In this document: positions 38,791-52,083 of the stretch, one piece after another | How the letters are laid out: each line of letters opens with the position of its first letter | How positions within the stretch are numbered: position 1 is the first letter of the stretch | From: Haliotis rubra | Taxonomy: Eukaryota | DNA length: 64,000 bases | NCBI RefSeq assembly: GCF_003918875.1 | Contig: NW_025767202.1 | Span: 2,542,001-2,606,000 of the forward strand | Direction of reading: 5' to 3' | Program-made: the position numbers and the translations under genes | The notes under the pieces: model-generated | What the model was told of the DNA's origin: nothing | What the model saw: the letters and a program-made list of their open reading frames with translations, nothing else | Databases searched by the model: none

Positions 38791-41700
38791 TTGCTATCCA
38801 GCGAAATCATTAAATCCAAGCTCTCATCAGGCCAAGGATTTGTAACCCGAACTAATACCAGAGTTGTCTGGTGATATTTTGAAATGTGTCAGTTCATCTC
38901 CCCTAGACTTATAAACATATTTATAGACTTATAGACTAATATACATACCCGACCGTGTTTGTTTAGCATTACGTACCAGTGAATGCACAGTCGAGACGCC
39001 ATAATAGTTTCGACAAGGCTCACGGAACGTGACAGTGATGTGTTTGGAGCCAATCAGTAACGAAGTAAATCTACAATACCCAGCACGCATTTTCTGCTGT
39101 AGCATTACATCTATTAACACGGTAAAACTGGACAATATTTACCAATATTTATGACAGTATATATTATTGAAACTGGACATGTACAGATTAACTGACCACG
39201 TTTCACAATCTTCAAGTTGCCAAGGGTCACATTGATAATGAACATCCGAAACCAGTATCTGGTCCGGGTCTGCAGATGGCAATAAGCTAATCAAATGCAC
39301 TGTGAACTTCACCCATCAACACCGATGTCTTCAATACGTTTATGAAAATTATCATATAATCCGGTCAAGATAGAGTAGCCTAAGTGCGCAGTTGGCACCG
39401 TATCGTCAGTCGAGTTAGGCAATAGGATTTAGATATAGCAACTGAAGTTCACAACAACAACTTTATCGTCAGTGTATCAGTAAATGGGATTATCTATGAT
39501 AACTGGAATAGGTATAAAACAGGGACAACACACAGGCACAAATCGTTCAGTGACTGCTGTGTAATAAACTCCTTGTTTATTTACTCAGGTGTTGTGTTGT
39601 GTGTGGGTTGGTATGGGCAGACCTCTTGCCAAGCGAGCTGATTCCCCAAAACTCGCGTTTTAATACATCCACCAGCTTCCAACACAGTTCGAGAAAACGT
39701 GCGTATAGCAAGGGCTATAGAAACGTATCGACCTACATTCTGAGAAAAGAGTCCTCAAAGTGATTCAGTTGCAGGCATTATGAAACAAATCCATGAATCT
39801 AAAATGCATTAAACATTGACAACTTTTCTGTCATCAGTAATCACGTCTCCACACATTCAAACGTAAAATGTATTCCAAAAATAATAAGCAGTATAAAGAA
39901 TATGCAAAAAATATAGAAGACAGGATAACCGATTAGCCGCTGAAACAATGTCGCAGAACCATTGTCACCAGTCACTCTTTACAAACCTCCATATGACCAA
40001 TCGTATATGGTCCCCTTTGACCACACTTGCCATTTCGTGGATGTAATTACGAATACGAAAACAATCGGTCGACATTGTTAAGCTACATGTCCCGAAACCA
40101 GTTCTATGTTTGAGAATGTTCTTTTCTGAGCGTTTTACAGTATTATGAAACATTTACCTAACGGTGATCTTGGATCAATCAATAGAGCGATCTATAAAAA
40201 GGTTGGACACAGATGTACATGAAAGTCACCAAGACGTGGTAGAAGGACATCCCTCGGGACTGATCAATAGAATCAGACGTACAAAAATAGAACAACCTTA
40301 AAACCCTGCAAATCCCATAGCCCGGATCGGTTTTATCCCAAAATAAGTTGTCAAGAAAAACACAATTTCCAAACATTTGAACATACTTTAGAACTGTGAA
40401 ATAATGTGTATTTTTTTCGAACGTCATTTGAATAGATTGTAAATTACACTTTATGTCAATGTCGCACCGCACGAACATGCAACCTAATATGATGAAGAAA
40501 TAAAGGAATATTTCAAAGCAAGCATGATCACATACAATGTATACAGTTTATTTCACCGAAACGCCAATGACCTTCATTTCCAAAGAATGACTCTATGTCT
40601 ACAGCAGTGAGTTTAACCAACATATGTATTCCACATACTAAATCTAGACACAAAAGTTTCACCTATATTGCATTGACATCACCGCTATCTATCTGTGTCA
40701 CTGGTCTCAAACATCTTGGCTGCAAGTGTGTGGCGTGCTGTGCAAGCAACAAGTGGTTTGTCAGACAAGCCGATACAGCACATATCGCCTTATTGTAGGA
40801 CCATAATAATACAGGGCTATTAGGTGTTTGTTTCATCTGCTGTTTGTCTCAACCTGCTGTCTTTAGTGCAATACATTTATGAGGCTATCTGTACAATATA
40901 AATAATATTGCACTCGGGTGTAAGAACAGATACTAAACATGACTGTTCTCTGACACTGATGAATGTTGTCTGAGAGCTTAATGTATCTTTCTAATTAGAG
41001 ATAAGCGTTGTAACGCCCTAAATTCATTTCACATTATCTGAACATTTCCCAGATTTTGGCAGTTGCTATCTGCTTTTCTTGCATGTAGAATACGTTATGT
41101 ACCTGGTAGCATGTTTTCCTCGAAAGCTGTTGCCCATTTCCATACACACGTGACCACTCGACAGCTGTATATCAAACCTACATTCAGGGTAACATAAACA
41201 TGAATGAAGTTAATCTCAAAGCAATCTCAAAGGGCAAGGCATATTTTGTACGAAAATAACATGACTATCCGCTAGTTTCATGTAGAGGACTCGGAAATTT
41301 GTTTTTCATAACTATCAGCAAAGGGACAACAGACTCCACGGACCAGGATGTATTACTTATTCGCTAGTTGTGGTTGAATGGATTATTCGTCACGACGCCG
41401 TTTATGTGACAAAGAGAAATGCACGTACAGCGAACCATTGAGCCTGAATAGGTCTCCTATCTTGTATAGGTGTCAGGTAGGCATAATCACGACCTGAAAA
41501 CTACGTGGACGTATCGCAATGTGCACAACGAAATGATGCGGAAGGCTGGGTTCTAACACACTGGTTAATTAACGCACATGCTAAAATGATAGCCTCTGCT
41601 TCTGGGGGATAAACAGGCATTTGTTTTGATGCATAAACGTCGATAGACGTCGACGGCATGCGCCCTCTCATTAATAGTGACCTCTTGTATGTTAATAAGA

Positions 41701-43044
41701 AGATACAACTTCTCTGTTTTCAATTTTGCGGTCCTTTATCGTTGATTTAAGACGGCTAAATGTAATTTAATAACCGAACGCGTCAGCGTTAAGTACGGTT
41801 TTGGTGAGCTCTCAGCCAGTCGGAATCGAGTGTCACACAATGTCGTGCTAGAATAAGCTTTAATGAGGAAAGCCGAAAAAAACTGTTTTTAAAAGTTGAG
41901 CTCTGACACGATGGTGCAGCTAATAGCCCAATCTGATCATATTACTGCCACTCACACATTCACTAGAACATATTTTAATCATATCAGCACGTAAGTTGTG
42001 TAATTCGTTTAACATCGTCAGTTGTTCTGTCTTGAATGAGTACAATAAAAGGATCAACTGACACATGATATGTATGACAAGAATTTAAATCATTATCAAA
42101 TACATAATATTACCTGCCCGCCATTACGAGCAGAGAATCACGCCGACAGATAATTCTATCAAAATCATCCAAACTCCCAAAAAGAATAATAGGGAAGGGT
42201 GGGAACGAATACCTCATGAAGAAAGATATGTTTAATGTGTGACCTATCATTTTCTCCTAGAATGTCCTGCCTATCATAAAAGAAGAAGAAGATATCTTCC
42301 ACTGTATTACTATTCTCAAACCACTATCATAAAATTTAGACTCTGTAATCTGTAAATGTTATCTTTCTCAACAATTATGCAAAATAGATTCAGGGATCAC
42401 CGTGTAAAAGGAAAATATTTTTGAATGAGTAATTGCTGTGTACAAATAAAACTCTTGTCACCTTGTCATTGTTATTCAATTAATGTATGCTGTTATTTTA
42501 CGTGGGCCGTTGACCTTTACACAGAAATAAATCATGCTGATACGTTAACGCAGACGCGTTGCCATTACTGATACAGTAGGCAAAGGAAGAACCATGGCCT
42601 TAAGGATATCTAGATCACCAATTCCATCAGGACGTCATCAGAATTCCACTGCCATCCATGTATCGAATGGCTTTTTATTGATTCCAACAATAGATTAAAA
42701 ACTATTCAGTGATCGACAAAATGTAAAACGTAGCGCCAAGAGGTGTATATTCTATTTGCGGCATTTTATTACAAGTTGTCAGTTATTACATCTAAACAGC
42801 CTACCTTACAATAACGGTTTATTTGAGTTTATGCAGACATTCTTCAGGGCAGCCGATTATATGGACCATCATCACGTATAATGTATTGATCGCTACAGTC
42901 GTGTATAGAGATGTACAGGAAAGCGTGACTTCCGGGCGACTGGTAGGTGGAGATTTGCGGCAGGAAATTCGAGCAAATTTGGATTTCACAATAGGCAGGG
43001 TATTGTTGATTTTTTACACATATTGCTTAATACCTCGTTGTCAT

Positions 43045-43108
43045 TAATAATAATAGTCCATTTATATTGCACATTTATCAATGCACATTGCACGCTCAAA
43101 GAGCTGAC
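43045..43108 (-). mobile_element. L2-type 3' end fragment
   Basis: Reverse strand gctctttgagcgtgc...aatgtgcaatataaatggac followed by (tat)n. Similar to 1273-1350. Confidence 0.55.
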
Positions 43109-43359
43109 ATATTACAAGAGGTATTATTTAGTTTCACTCAGAGAAAATGCTGCAGAGTGCTTCTGTACCATATAAACATCGCCTGAAAAGTAATCACAGT
43201 GACTTCGAACTCAGTCACATGAAACATTAGAAGGAAGCCAACAAGCTTGAGCGTTTGTATCAAATGAATCTCTAAAACCAAATGTCTGTGAATTGTATTG
43301 ACGATGACATGCAAGATTGATTTTTACATGATGGATGTTTAACGTATCTCAAGTCTCAA

Positions 43360-43600
43360 CTAACTGCATCAATAACCGCCAGTCAACTGACTCCAGTACT
43401 TTGATTAAGGAGATGTGTTTGTTCTTGTTTCCATTTAAGTACGCCTTGGAAGTCGGAAAAAGTAACCGAAAAACTCTTCACTTGTCTATTGTTATTACTC
43501 AAAGGAGGACGTAACTGAAAGATGAGATTTACAAAAGATTGTAACATGAAAGCAATTACTGGCTTTCCACTGTCGCTACTTTATTGTTTGATCAGCAGTA
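43360..43600 (-). mobile_element. Degenerate LINE RT N-terminal part (RTEX-like; paralog about 58990-59230)
   Basis: IAFMLQSFVN...VTFSDF-KAY...NK...IKVLES resembles D..F.LQS.I...F.DF.KA.D.V.R..L..KL. Confidence 0.5.
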
Positions 43601-44419
43601 CAACGAGACGGGTATTTCATGCTGGATATGTTGTTCCCCGCGAGGGAGCGTCGTGTACATCGTTCGGACTGGGCTATTATATGACACCAATTCAAGTGCT
43701 TCCAGACTGACCATCAAAGAGTGTCTCTGTTTGTCTATTTGTTCTGTGGTGTATGGTTGCATGCCCAGTTACTCATCATGACAGACACGCATGTGTTGTC
43801 CGTCTAATTATGCAGTCTCTCGAAATGAAAATAAAACCTGTTTCCTTGAAAACAATAATGAACCAAAAGTACTGATCAATCTTACGATTCTGACTATTGC
43901 ATGAACATTTGTTCACGAATCATTATCAAATAGTTATGGTATAAGGTATTTAAGGAAAGCATAGTGGGTATTACCCAACTGGTATCCCGGTCACAAATGC
44001 ATGTCAGACATGAACTGAAACACAACACGTGTTGTTGGCCAATGTACTATGTGTTTTTAACATTATTTTTAGATATATCTCTAAGGACCCCATATAATTA
44101 ATCAGTTTATTAAAGCAGCCGCTGTAGCTCATGCATTGTCTAATTAAGGTTCATCAACCTTTGTGATAAGTTATAATCTTGGACTTTGGAGATGTCTTAT
44201 TCCAATAACACCATAAACTACAACTGTATGTGGTTTTCGATATTAACAGGACAGCAACTCTTAAGGAGGCGCCACCAGAGAAAGCATCCAAGGGTGTACA
44301 GAGGGTATGTCAGATGAGACAACTCTGCTCATATATATGTTTCCCTCAAAAAGGAAAAAAATAACTATTTGCAATGTGCAGATCCCCTCTGGTCAAACAG
44401 TTCGGTCAAACAAGGGAAG

Positions 44420-45200
44420 TAAACAAATGCAAGTTCCTTGTGAACAGGAAGCAGACATAAAGGTTCGTCTCAGTTTTAAAGACACAATCGGAAAATATGC
44501 AACCAGTATTGCTGTGAACACAGAAACCTGATGATCATCATGGCTATTGCATTCGCTTTGATGGCTGCTCAGAATCTGTCTACACAGTCTTGGGCCACTT
44601 TCATAATAAAAGGAATACTCCAGACATTACCACATTAATTCCATCTGCCTAGAGGTATCTGAATGTACATCATGTACCTTTTCCCCTCCATTACCAAGGG
44701 TATGACACCACATGCATGTGGTGGTATTGAAACAGATACTCGTGAAAGATCTTTCAAGCACATTCCCTTGGAACGGAAGGTTATTTCTTCTTGCAACATC
44801 CCTTGTGACTGAGTCAGTCAGGGACAATTGCATTGGCGGAAAGATCACCAGACATCGTGTGTGATAGTGTCACAACACTGTGTAAATAACCCCACACATT
44901 ATCAATTTCTCCCAGCAAAATGGGTGAACATGATGCACAACTTTCTACCACCAAGACCTAGACAGCCAGCTGCCCCAAATTCAAGCATGACCAAGCCAGC
45001 TTCGAGTGACTGACGTGGCAATAAAATTCGCACAAGCCAGATACTTCTGGTTGGACTAAACCTGATGTTGCCGATCTGATGATGAACGGAACAATACAGA
45101 TTAACAGAGAACTGATTAAGTTTGGTTAGGAAGCTGAGGCTCTACACTTCTGAGTGCTCTACACGCATCCAGTACTGCCCTGGAAACTGTTGATGTGACT
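44420..45200 (+). pseudogene. Relic of an XPG/FEN1(PIN-fold)-like HEEAD..DTD..GCD..GK plus CXC-domain protein typical of large invertebrate repetitive elements (paralog about 59740-60450)
   Basis: PCEQEADIKV (paralog APCVEEVDIR)...VNTET.D...FPLHYQGYDTTC.....S*KIFQ...FLPP...SFE*LTWQ...PDTSGWT...RELIKFG* follows the motif order PC.HEEADTR / T.DTD / FHA.TGCD.TS / LPPT / RA.YQ...W / P...GW / ELIKCGC. Multiple stops and frameshifts. Confidence 0.6.
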
Positions 45201-45449
45201 GAACATAACATCTAGAAATTGACAGATTAATAGTTATGAACATAAGCTGTCATTGCAATCACCCTAAAGTGTTTATTATGAAATCTATGAACTCCAAATC
45301 CCCAATATTGCGGTTATTACCGTTACATCGCTCGAAGTGAAAAGACAACATCGTTTATGTATTTGGTGGCCATTTGGAACATCGCCTTGGGATAGGAGGG
45401 AATGAGGTTACGTCCAGGCCCCAACCCTGGGTATGTTTCCAGTAAGTGA

Positions 45450-45930
45450 GACAAGCAATCCTTCATGCCACGATATTTAACTATATAATCTACATATTTT
45501 GAGTTCCACGATTACTGTAGAAGCTACTCCTGCTCACTGATATCTTAATATGGCGGATTATAAAATCTGTATTGTTGCTCAGTAGAACCGTTATTTCATG
45601 TAGCACATACACTGCACAATACATTTGGAGTTCCGTAAATGCTCTGTTCAGGCTCTGATGTTTGACATCGGTCTTACTTTACAGTAAACAAACCTATTTG
45701 TAATACATCTTATATTTCCTGTATTTGTCTCTTCAGGATTATGAAATGAATCACTCAGCTGATGACGTGCGCCATTTTGGGTAACTTTTATTCTGCGCAA
45801 TGGGAAAGGCTGGTTTGTTTGTAGTTTAACGCCGTATGGCGGAACGAGGAAGGTATATGGGTGTATCATGACGTATCGGTGAGGGAGGTCACGTTTAAAT
45901 CATACAACTACAACAAGGTTTGTTTTGTGG
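45450..45930 (-). mobile_element. Degenerate PLE linker plus GIY-YIG endonuclease fragment (paralog about 60700-61100)
   Basis: FKRDL..R.VMIH...GNIRCITNRFVY...SLNRAFTE...E...*II*LNIVA-EGL resembles FKRD.NL.D.LVH / I.C.T.NVVY / RF.EH / WI..L.T..P.GLN. Confidence 0.6.
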
Positions 45931-46229
45931 AATAGTACTACCGGTGCTTATAACAGATCTGGACGTAACACAGCATCTATCTAGCGTCATTATTAACCTT
46001 TCTTTGTAAGTTCCATTAATACAATCTCAGCAATTGGACTCACACTTCTCCTGGCGACCTTTTCTTTCCAGGGACGGTTCTATGCGAGTTAATTATTCGG
46101 AATTGACGCAACGTAGCTAGTAATCCAGCCATATCGGAGAGCGTCAGATTGACGTGAAAATGTCACGCCAGCGTGATGCAAGCCGTAGTCGATCACAACA
46201 TTGTTGAACCCCTGGAGCTGAGTGTTATT

Positions 46230-46990
46230 ACTCCCAAACCCTGAGTAATTCCAGGATGAACGCGGATTCGAACTCCTAGGAATCCTCCTATAATCCTAGG
46301 ATCCTGACACTCAGCACTCATTTACCGAAGCACAATATGTCACACCATCCTGCAGCATGAACATGAATCCATGTGAATCAGTGCTTTATACAAGATATAT
46401 ACCCATGGAATCAGTAAGGTATTTTCATGTAATTTACAACAGCTTGTTGTAACGAGGCGATGTATCAAGTTTTGCTTTGAAGTAATGAATATTCAGATTC
46501 GTCCAAATCTCTGCATCTTTCTTGTAAATTAACACACACCACTAGTGATACAAAGCCACTTCTAACTGAATATTTCAGCAAGGTTTGTGGATCATCTAGG
46601 ATTTATCTCCAACATAGAAAAAACATTTCCAGGAATAATTCTCTCGTTAAAAATACAGCAATCATCTTGTGTAAATGGTAATAAACGGTGTGGCTTACTG
46701 AAAGTGAATATCAAAGAGCATCATATCACTGATGAACCGGTTGATCTCTCATTAGAAAGATATTTGTGACCAGTTTTATTAAGTGGTAAAGATAATTACG
46801 GAATTTCAGGCGGGACCATTCTTGAGAATATTTCCTGTTTACCCAATCAGCTATGCATCTACATTTCGGCCTCTCATACAAGTTACATTTTAATCCCTTT
46901 TGTAGTTTTTGCGATCGATGCCTTCTGCCCTTTTCAGAGAAGACGCATCACGATGATTTAGGTATATCTGCTGAAGATACTTTCGTCAGG
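46230..46990 (-). mobile_element. Degenerate I/Nimb-like LINE ORF2 fragment (paralog about 61650-62410)
   Basis: GIDRKNYK.IK...ILKNGPA*NSVI...SKQNLIHRLVTTS...NTLL...LYKALI...ECQDPRIIGG resembles GI.G....WI..FL / ENG.PQGSV / NLL..L....WG...TLL.LY.ALI / Q..ALRI..GA. Confidence 0.55.
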
Positions 46991-48289
46991 GATAACATCA
47001 CTCATGCGCCCATCCCTTTGAACACATGACTAGTGTTTGTGAGGGGTGTTCCCGTTAGGGGAAGGATATGTTCACCTTTTTGCGAACATGTGGTATCATC
47101 ACTATTTGAAAGTACGACCGACACTGTTTTTCGATGGGCCTTTGTTTGTTCTGACTATGAACAGGATTGTCGCTTACACGGTGATTACGACAATGACGTA
47201 AGTGGTGGGAATATTCACCCCTCAGTAACAGTACTTCTGAACTTTGGTCGAGGCAAGAGTATACCAAGGTAGGGAGTGATTACACTGAGTGTTCGTCATA
47301 AACTACTGTGGCTTGAGATGTGATGTGGGACGAGAGGCAAAGGCCATATCCCCTTATATGTCTAACAATGAGATGCTAGAAGATTCTACACTATGGCAGA
47401 CAATTTTGTGAAAGGTCCTTGCGGCTCTTTCCAGATCATTCTGTCCAAATATTGAGCTAGTCTATATATGGTACACCATTGCCCCTTATTGAATCTTCAG
47501 GCTCAATGTATAACACATTTCAATGAAAAATGTTCATCCCTCATTTTTCACAGAGCAATGGATTTGGAGTCAGTGTTCGAAGAATGTGGCTGCGTTAACG
47601 CTGCCCACAGTACCATTCCAACTATTTGACGTCGGCCAGACTAGAAAAACTAGTGATTGAGCACAATGTTCTTGAAATAACCAAATCACGAAACCTTAAC
47701 TGCCGGCTATTTGGTTGCATCGTACTTCAAGCCCGGGTTTCCTTGGTTTATACTCCAACACGGAATGCCCACCAGAGAACAATGCTAGCTTCTCTGCAAT
47801 GTGATTATGAAACTATTACTTGAAGAATTATTAATTGCTAGCTAGTGATTCATAAGCACGTGTTTATCATATGGTTGGAATCATACAATTGACTAATAAA
47901 TCTATTTTATCTTGAGATTGTTTATGATCATGAAAAGTGTTTTGTTGCTTTAGCTTACACTGCTGGTTAAAGATCACAACACTATCTGTAATCTTAAGCC
48001 TCTAGATGGGTAATGCAGGTTTATTGCAGGGGATATACGACTCTTGGACGACAGGTGTTTGATCAGGTTTAGCGCATTAACGTCAGAAGTTTTCAAAATG
48101 TGCTATGGTAGGACATATTACATTAAGAATATATGAAAAGTAAAAGAACTAGTTACCACAAATGATCATCGGTGCTCGATGGGAATAGATTACTGAAAGG
48201 GATTGGTCGCGTTTCATCAAGTGGATGTAAGTATTTTACGAGGACCACTTACCTGTCAGTCATGATACGAAACAGAGCCTGCCACCATA

Positions 48290-48580
48290 GGCCGCACATC
48301 AGATAGATGAAAAGCTTTCCCGATGATCAGTTAAGCCGTGCTTAAAGAGTGGAACGTTGTTTCCCGATCAAGAAGACATCAAACGTACCACACAACACGA
48401 CAACCTAACATGAAAAGGATTAACACGATGTGTTTGTAAATAGCAGTATAATGAGCATTAGCGACACAAATGGTGTTTGATGGAATGCCTTGTACGAGCT
48501 GTACCCACGTGGCCTTGTGTTTGCTCAGAGTCAGTTCCTCGAAAGTGTGCCATAGTTGAGAACTGCTCAACTTGTTCAGA
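48290..48580 (-). mobile_element. Degenerate RTE-clade LINE fragment (paralog about 63700-64000)
   Basis: EQVEQF...GTAR.AF...AIYKHIVLILFMLGCRVVW resembles E.V..F.YLG...R.G.AR.AF...IY..IV..I.LYGCE.W. Confidence 0.6.
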
Positions 48581-49424
48581 TGTTTTTAAACTGACACTGA
48601 CATCAAGGTGATAACGATGTTCCTTCCACGTGTTGTAATCCAGTACTGAACAGTAACAAATATCTGTGTCTTTTGTTGGTTAAAGGGATTTGTCAGAGTT
48701 TCACTTCCTTCTTCTTGGTTACGTGAATGCGTGTATGAAACCGGTTTTAGTGGATCCGACTTCCACTAGGTGTTGATAATCTGAACAATTGGGTATTCTC
48801 ATCGTGTATTTCTGTCTGATACTACTACCGATGGGGCCACCGCAGATGGTATAACGAGGGTACATGAGACTGTGGACATATCTACTCACACACTAGGGGC
48901 AATCTTGACAACTCCACTGGTACGTTTAGATGATCAGTTTGAGGACAGACTGGTGGTGGTGGAGTATAAGGTTATCAATATCGATCACTTAACTATATTT
49001 TTAGATTTTCAAATTTAATCTTGAACTTTGCATGTTTTGTTCCCTGTTTAGTAATTAGATGAGATAAAACCGTATGTATAGGACCACAGTGTAATAATAC
49101 CAGATACAGAACGGCTACAAAAAGGATAAAATGGGTTGTTTTCGACCGTTTACAACATCTACTGAAATGTAAGCGATACATCTCTTGTCCTTTCGGAAAG
49201 CCAAAGTAATCCAGATGTGACAAAGATATTCGTTGCTTGCGTGTTCATAGAGGCGAACCACTTCAAAGGAGTTTGCTAAATCTGGAGTTATTTATGACCT
49301 CTTGGTATTTAATGATTCAGAAGTTTACTAACGTGTCAACGCTGACTTCGTATCAAATTAGAATAGCACATTGGATTTAATGTTTGCTATTGCCGGATAA
49401 TTGTTACCTATGGAACAGTTTGAC

Positions 49425-50552
49425 CAGTAACCATTGAGGCCTCACGCGTTCCTGCTACAGGTGAGGTGAAATTTGGTTTAACGTCGTGCTTGAAAATATT
49501 TCGCTCATATGACGACGTGCATGCGTGTGTATGTGTAGGTGCGGCTGTTTGTACTAGCCCAGACTGGTTTCATAGTGCTAGCTCACTGAGATACCATGCC
49601 GCAGTGCAGCATGAATACCCCACTCAGACACATTATACTGACTCCGGGCCGACCAGTCCTTGTTGCACCCATTAATGCGGAGCGCCAGGCAGGGGACCAA
49701 CAAGTACCATATTTTAACGTATTTTGGTATTACGCGGTCGGGGATCGAACCCGCGACCTTCCGCTCTCCAAGCGGACGCACTAACCACTACACCACGGAG
49801 GCGATCACCTGTTACAGCAAGTGAATAAAAACAAAAAGGAAATATCGTAATCACAACCAAAAAGGTGACAAGTATAACATCATAACACCTTCATCGAGGT
49901 ATATATACCCTCGTCAAGTTCCACACAGACGAACAATATCCCATACATGTCACGTGTCTTTGTAACAATATAACATTTAAAAATATATAATGCGTTTCGG
50001 AATACTATTACCCGTGTTCGCCGCTCAACTGGCTGCTTGTTTAAGTTGTTTCAAATGTGTGTCATGTCTGTAGTCAGCTGAAATAGCACACGTGACATCT
50101 ATGTTCATGGTAGTCATGGCTCTTTAAAAAATCAATTTAGTTAGACAACAATGAACAATCAATCCACACTTTATGTAACAGCCTGATCAGTAACCACTGA
50201 GGTCTCACACGTTTCTGCTTCAGCAAGTGAATGAAAACAGAATGCAAATATAGTAATTACAACCAAAAAGGTTACAGGCCTAATATCAGGCAGTTACCTT
50301 CATAGAGAAATATATATCCGTAAATATCCACAAACAGGATCAAAATCACATACATCTTAAGCTGTATAATGAAACATGTTCGATGTCACGCATCATTGTA
50401 ACAAAAATAACATTTTAAAATATTTAAAGCGTTTCGGGATATAATACTCTGTGTTCGTCTCTCAACTGGCTGCTTGTTGGGGTGTCATGTCTGTGGTCAG
50501 CTGGGATGACACACGCGACATCTATGTTCGTGGTATCCATGGTTCTTTCAAA
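49425..50552. repeat. Diverged local tandem duplication (about 49425-50130 including the SINE, and about 50188-50552)
   Basis: Shared cagtaacca.tgagg.ctcac, cagcaagtgaat, acaaccaaaaagg, ctcaactggctgcttgtt, acatctatgttc.tggta. Confidence 0.9.
49461..49807 (-). mobile_element. tRNA-derived SINE with V-type central domain and 10-bp TSD
   Basis: A box tggtgtagtgg and B box ggttcgatccc. The central gactggtcggcccggagtcagtataatgtgtctgagtgggg resembles the V-SINE core. TSD cctg(c/t)tacag at 49451-49460 and 49808-49817. Confidence 0.9.
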
Positions 50553-51486
50553 CATGACCAATCTACATATTATCGGCCATTCAACAAAGATTTATGTTAT
50601 TACATAGGCGTCTAGATGTGAGCATATGTTTTAGTAAGCCTACAATGTTTAAGCACTTTTGACAGATCAGCTGTGCAAGAAAACAGGGTGGTCAGGCTCG
50701 TTGCGAGTTTAACCACTATTTAGACTGACTTTCAAGTGTATGACAAAAAGGGACTTATTGCAGTGCATGCTAGTCTGAGTATATAAACTGAACAGTATAT
50801 ATATAACAAATGTTCTTCATTGCTGCAAAAAAAACAGCAAAATACGTGGACGTAGTTTCTGTATACTGAAGTGCATAACTGTACATATGCGTTTAAACAC
50901 AGACAAATTGCAACGCAAAAGGATTCTCTGGCACTTCCTCGCTTCCGCAGTTTGATGTGTGGTTGATCATGACGCTAACTGGCATCCGGGGAATAGGCGG
51001 GATCATTAAAATGGCGCCGACTGGACGACTAAAAGTTGGAGTTTTGTTTCCCTTTAAATCCTCCTATATATTGGCACGTGCTTTTCATGTGTTTGTTCTT
51101 GTGTTCCCGTCAAAATTTGTCATCTACTTCGTGCAGACAAGAGGCAACAAATGCCCAGCGAAAACGTCCCTTGGTTCATACGAATCATAACACTACATGT
51201 ATGAAAATTCCCCTTGAGGCTGACTACTCATGTATGCTAGCTGTATTGGAATGAATTGCCGTATGATTCGTTACAATTTCCAAAACTGGAGCCAACAGGC
51301 ATCCACATGCAGCATCCCGAGGCCTGCCGTTGCCAGTGAGCATCAATCGGACCCCATATTGTGTACGTGTCACGTTGGAATAATTACGGTGGGTCGTTAA
51401 GTGAAAGTAAAGTATTGTATACAACGGCATGAGGAGGTCAGGTTCTAATCATGCGCTGACCAAGCAACACCAATACAGATCCTAAA

Positions 51487-52083
51487 AGGTCACATGCAAC
51501 GTAAAACACAACTTTGCAGATTCTGATACCTTTCGGTATGGACGTACTGAAACAAATCATCAAAAAATGCAAATTCAAGTTCAAGCTGCTATCACTGACC
51601 ACATGCAATTTAAACTTAACACCAATCAGGCTATACACCATAAACAAAATGCATTGATTTATGGCCCGAGTTCGGTCTCTGTCACATTTTGTAATTACAC
51701 AGACAGGTAGGTGTGATACATGAACACATGACATGTTATGATGTCTGTTGATTGCAAAATGTTATACACAAAAAATGAGCATGTATTTACAAAACCCAAC
51801 ATCTCTATATATACACACACAATGAGCCGTGGCGGCGGCATCTGCAAATGAACCAGCCGTTACACTTAAGTGCACAACCACCCGCTCTGACTGGGTTCGG
51901 TATCCCGGCTGCTTCGTTTCGAGGGAGGTAAACCCAAGTACAAAATATTGCACTTTTGATTTGCGATTATACGCTTATAATTTTGTTTATTTGTTTTTTC
52001 ATAATCAGAATGCATATTATATGTCATGAAGAAGTGATAATTGTGTTTCAATTATGTTTGATTTTTTTGGTTGCATGTGACCT
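51487..52083. mobile_element. Non-autonomous DNA transposon, Kolobok-like (AG...CT ends, TTAA-type target)
   Basis: TIR aggtcacatgcaac / gttgcatgtgacct. Flanks are taaa on the left and ttaa on the right. Confidence 0.8.

Larger units (their letters stand above)
42590..48580. repeat. Segmental duplication, copy 1 (copy 2 = 58640 to the window end; weaker similarity extends left to about 40.7 kb / 57.6 kb)
   Basis: Continuous colinear matches, e.g. taactgaaagatgagatttacaaaagattgta (about 43512 / 59123), ggaaggttatttcttcttgcaacatcccttgtgactgagtca (about 44775 / 60089), gctcagagtcagttcctcgaaagtgtg (about 48523 / 63941). Confidence 0.97.

Noticed and set aside
39578-39663. Possible exon after ttatttactcag encoding VLCCVWVGMGRPLAKRADSPKLAF* (propeptide-like)
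   Set aside because: No upstream exon, paralog conservation or other support. It is compatible with chance and would need RNA-seq.
46728-46765. CUGAUGA...GAAA (also about 62143)
   Set aside because: No stem II pairing, and it lies antisense within a LINE relic.
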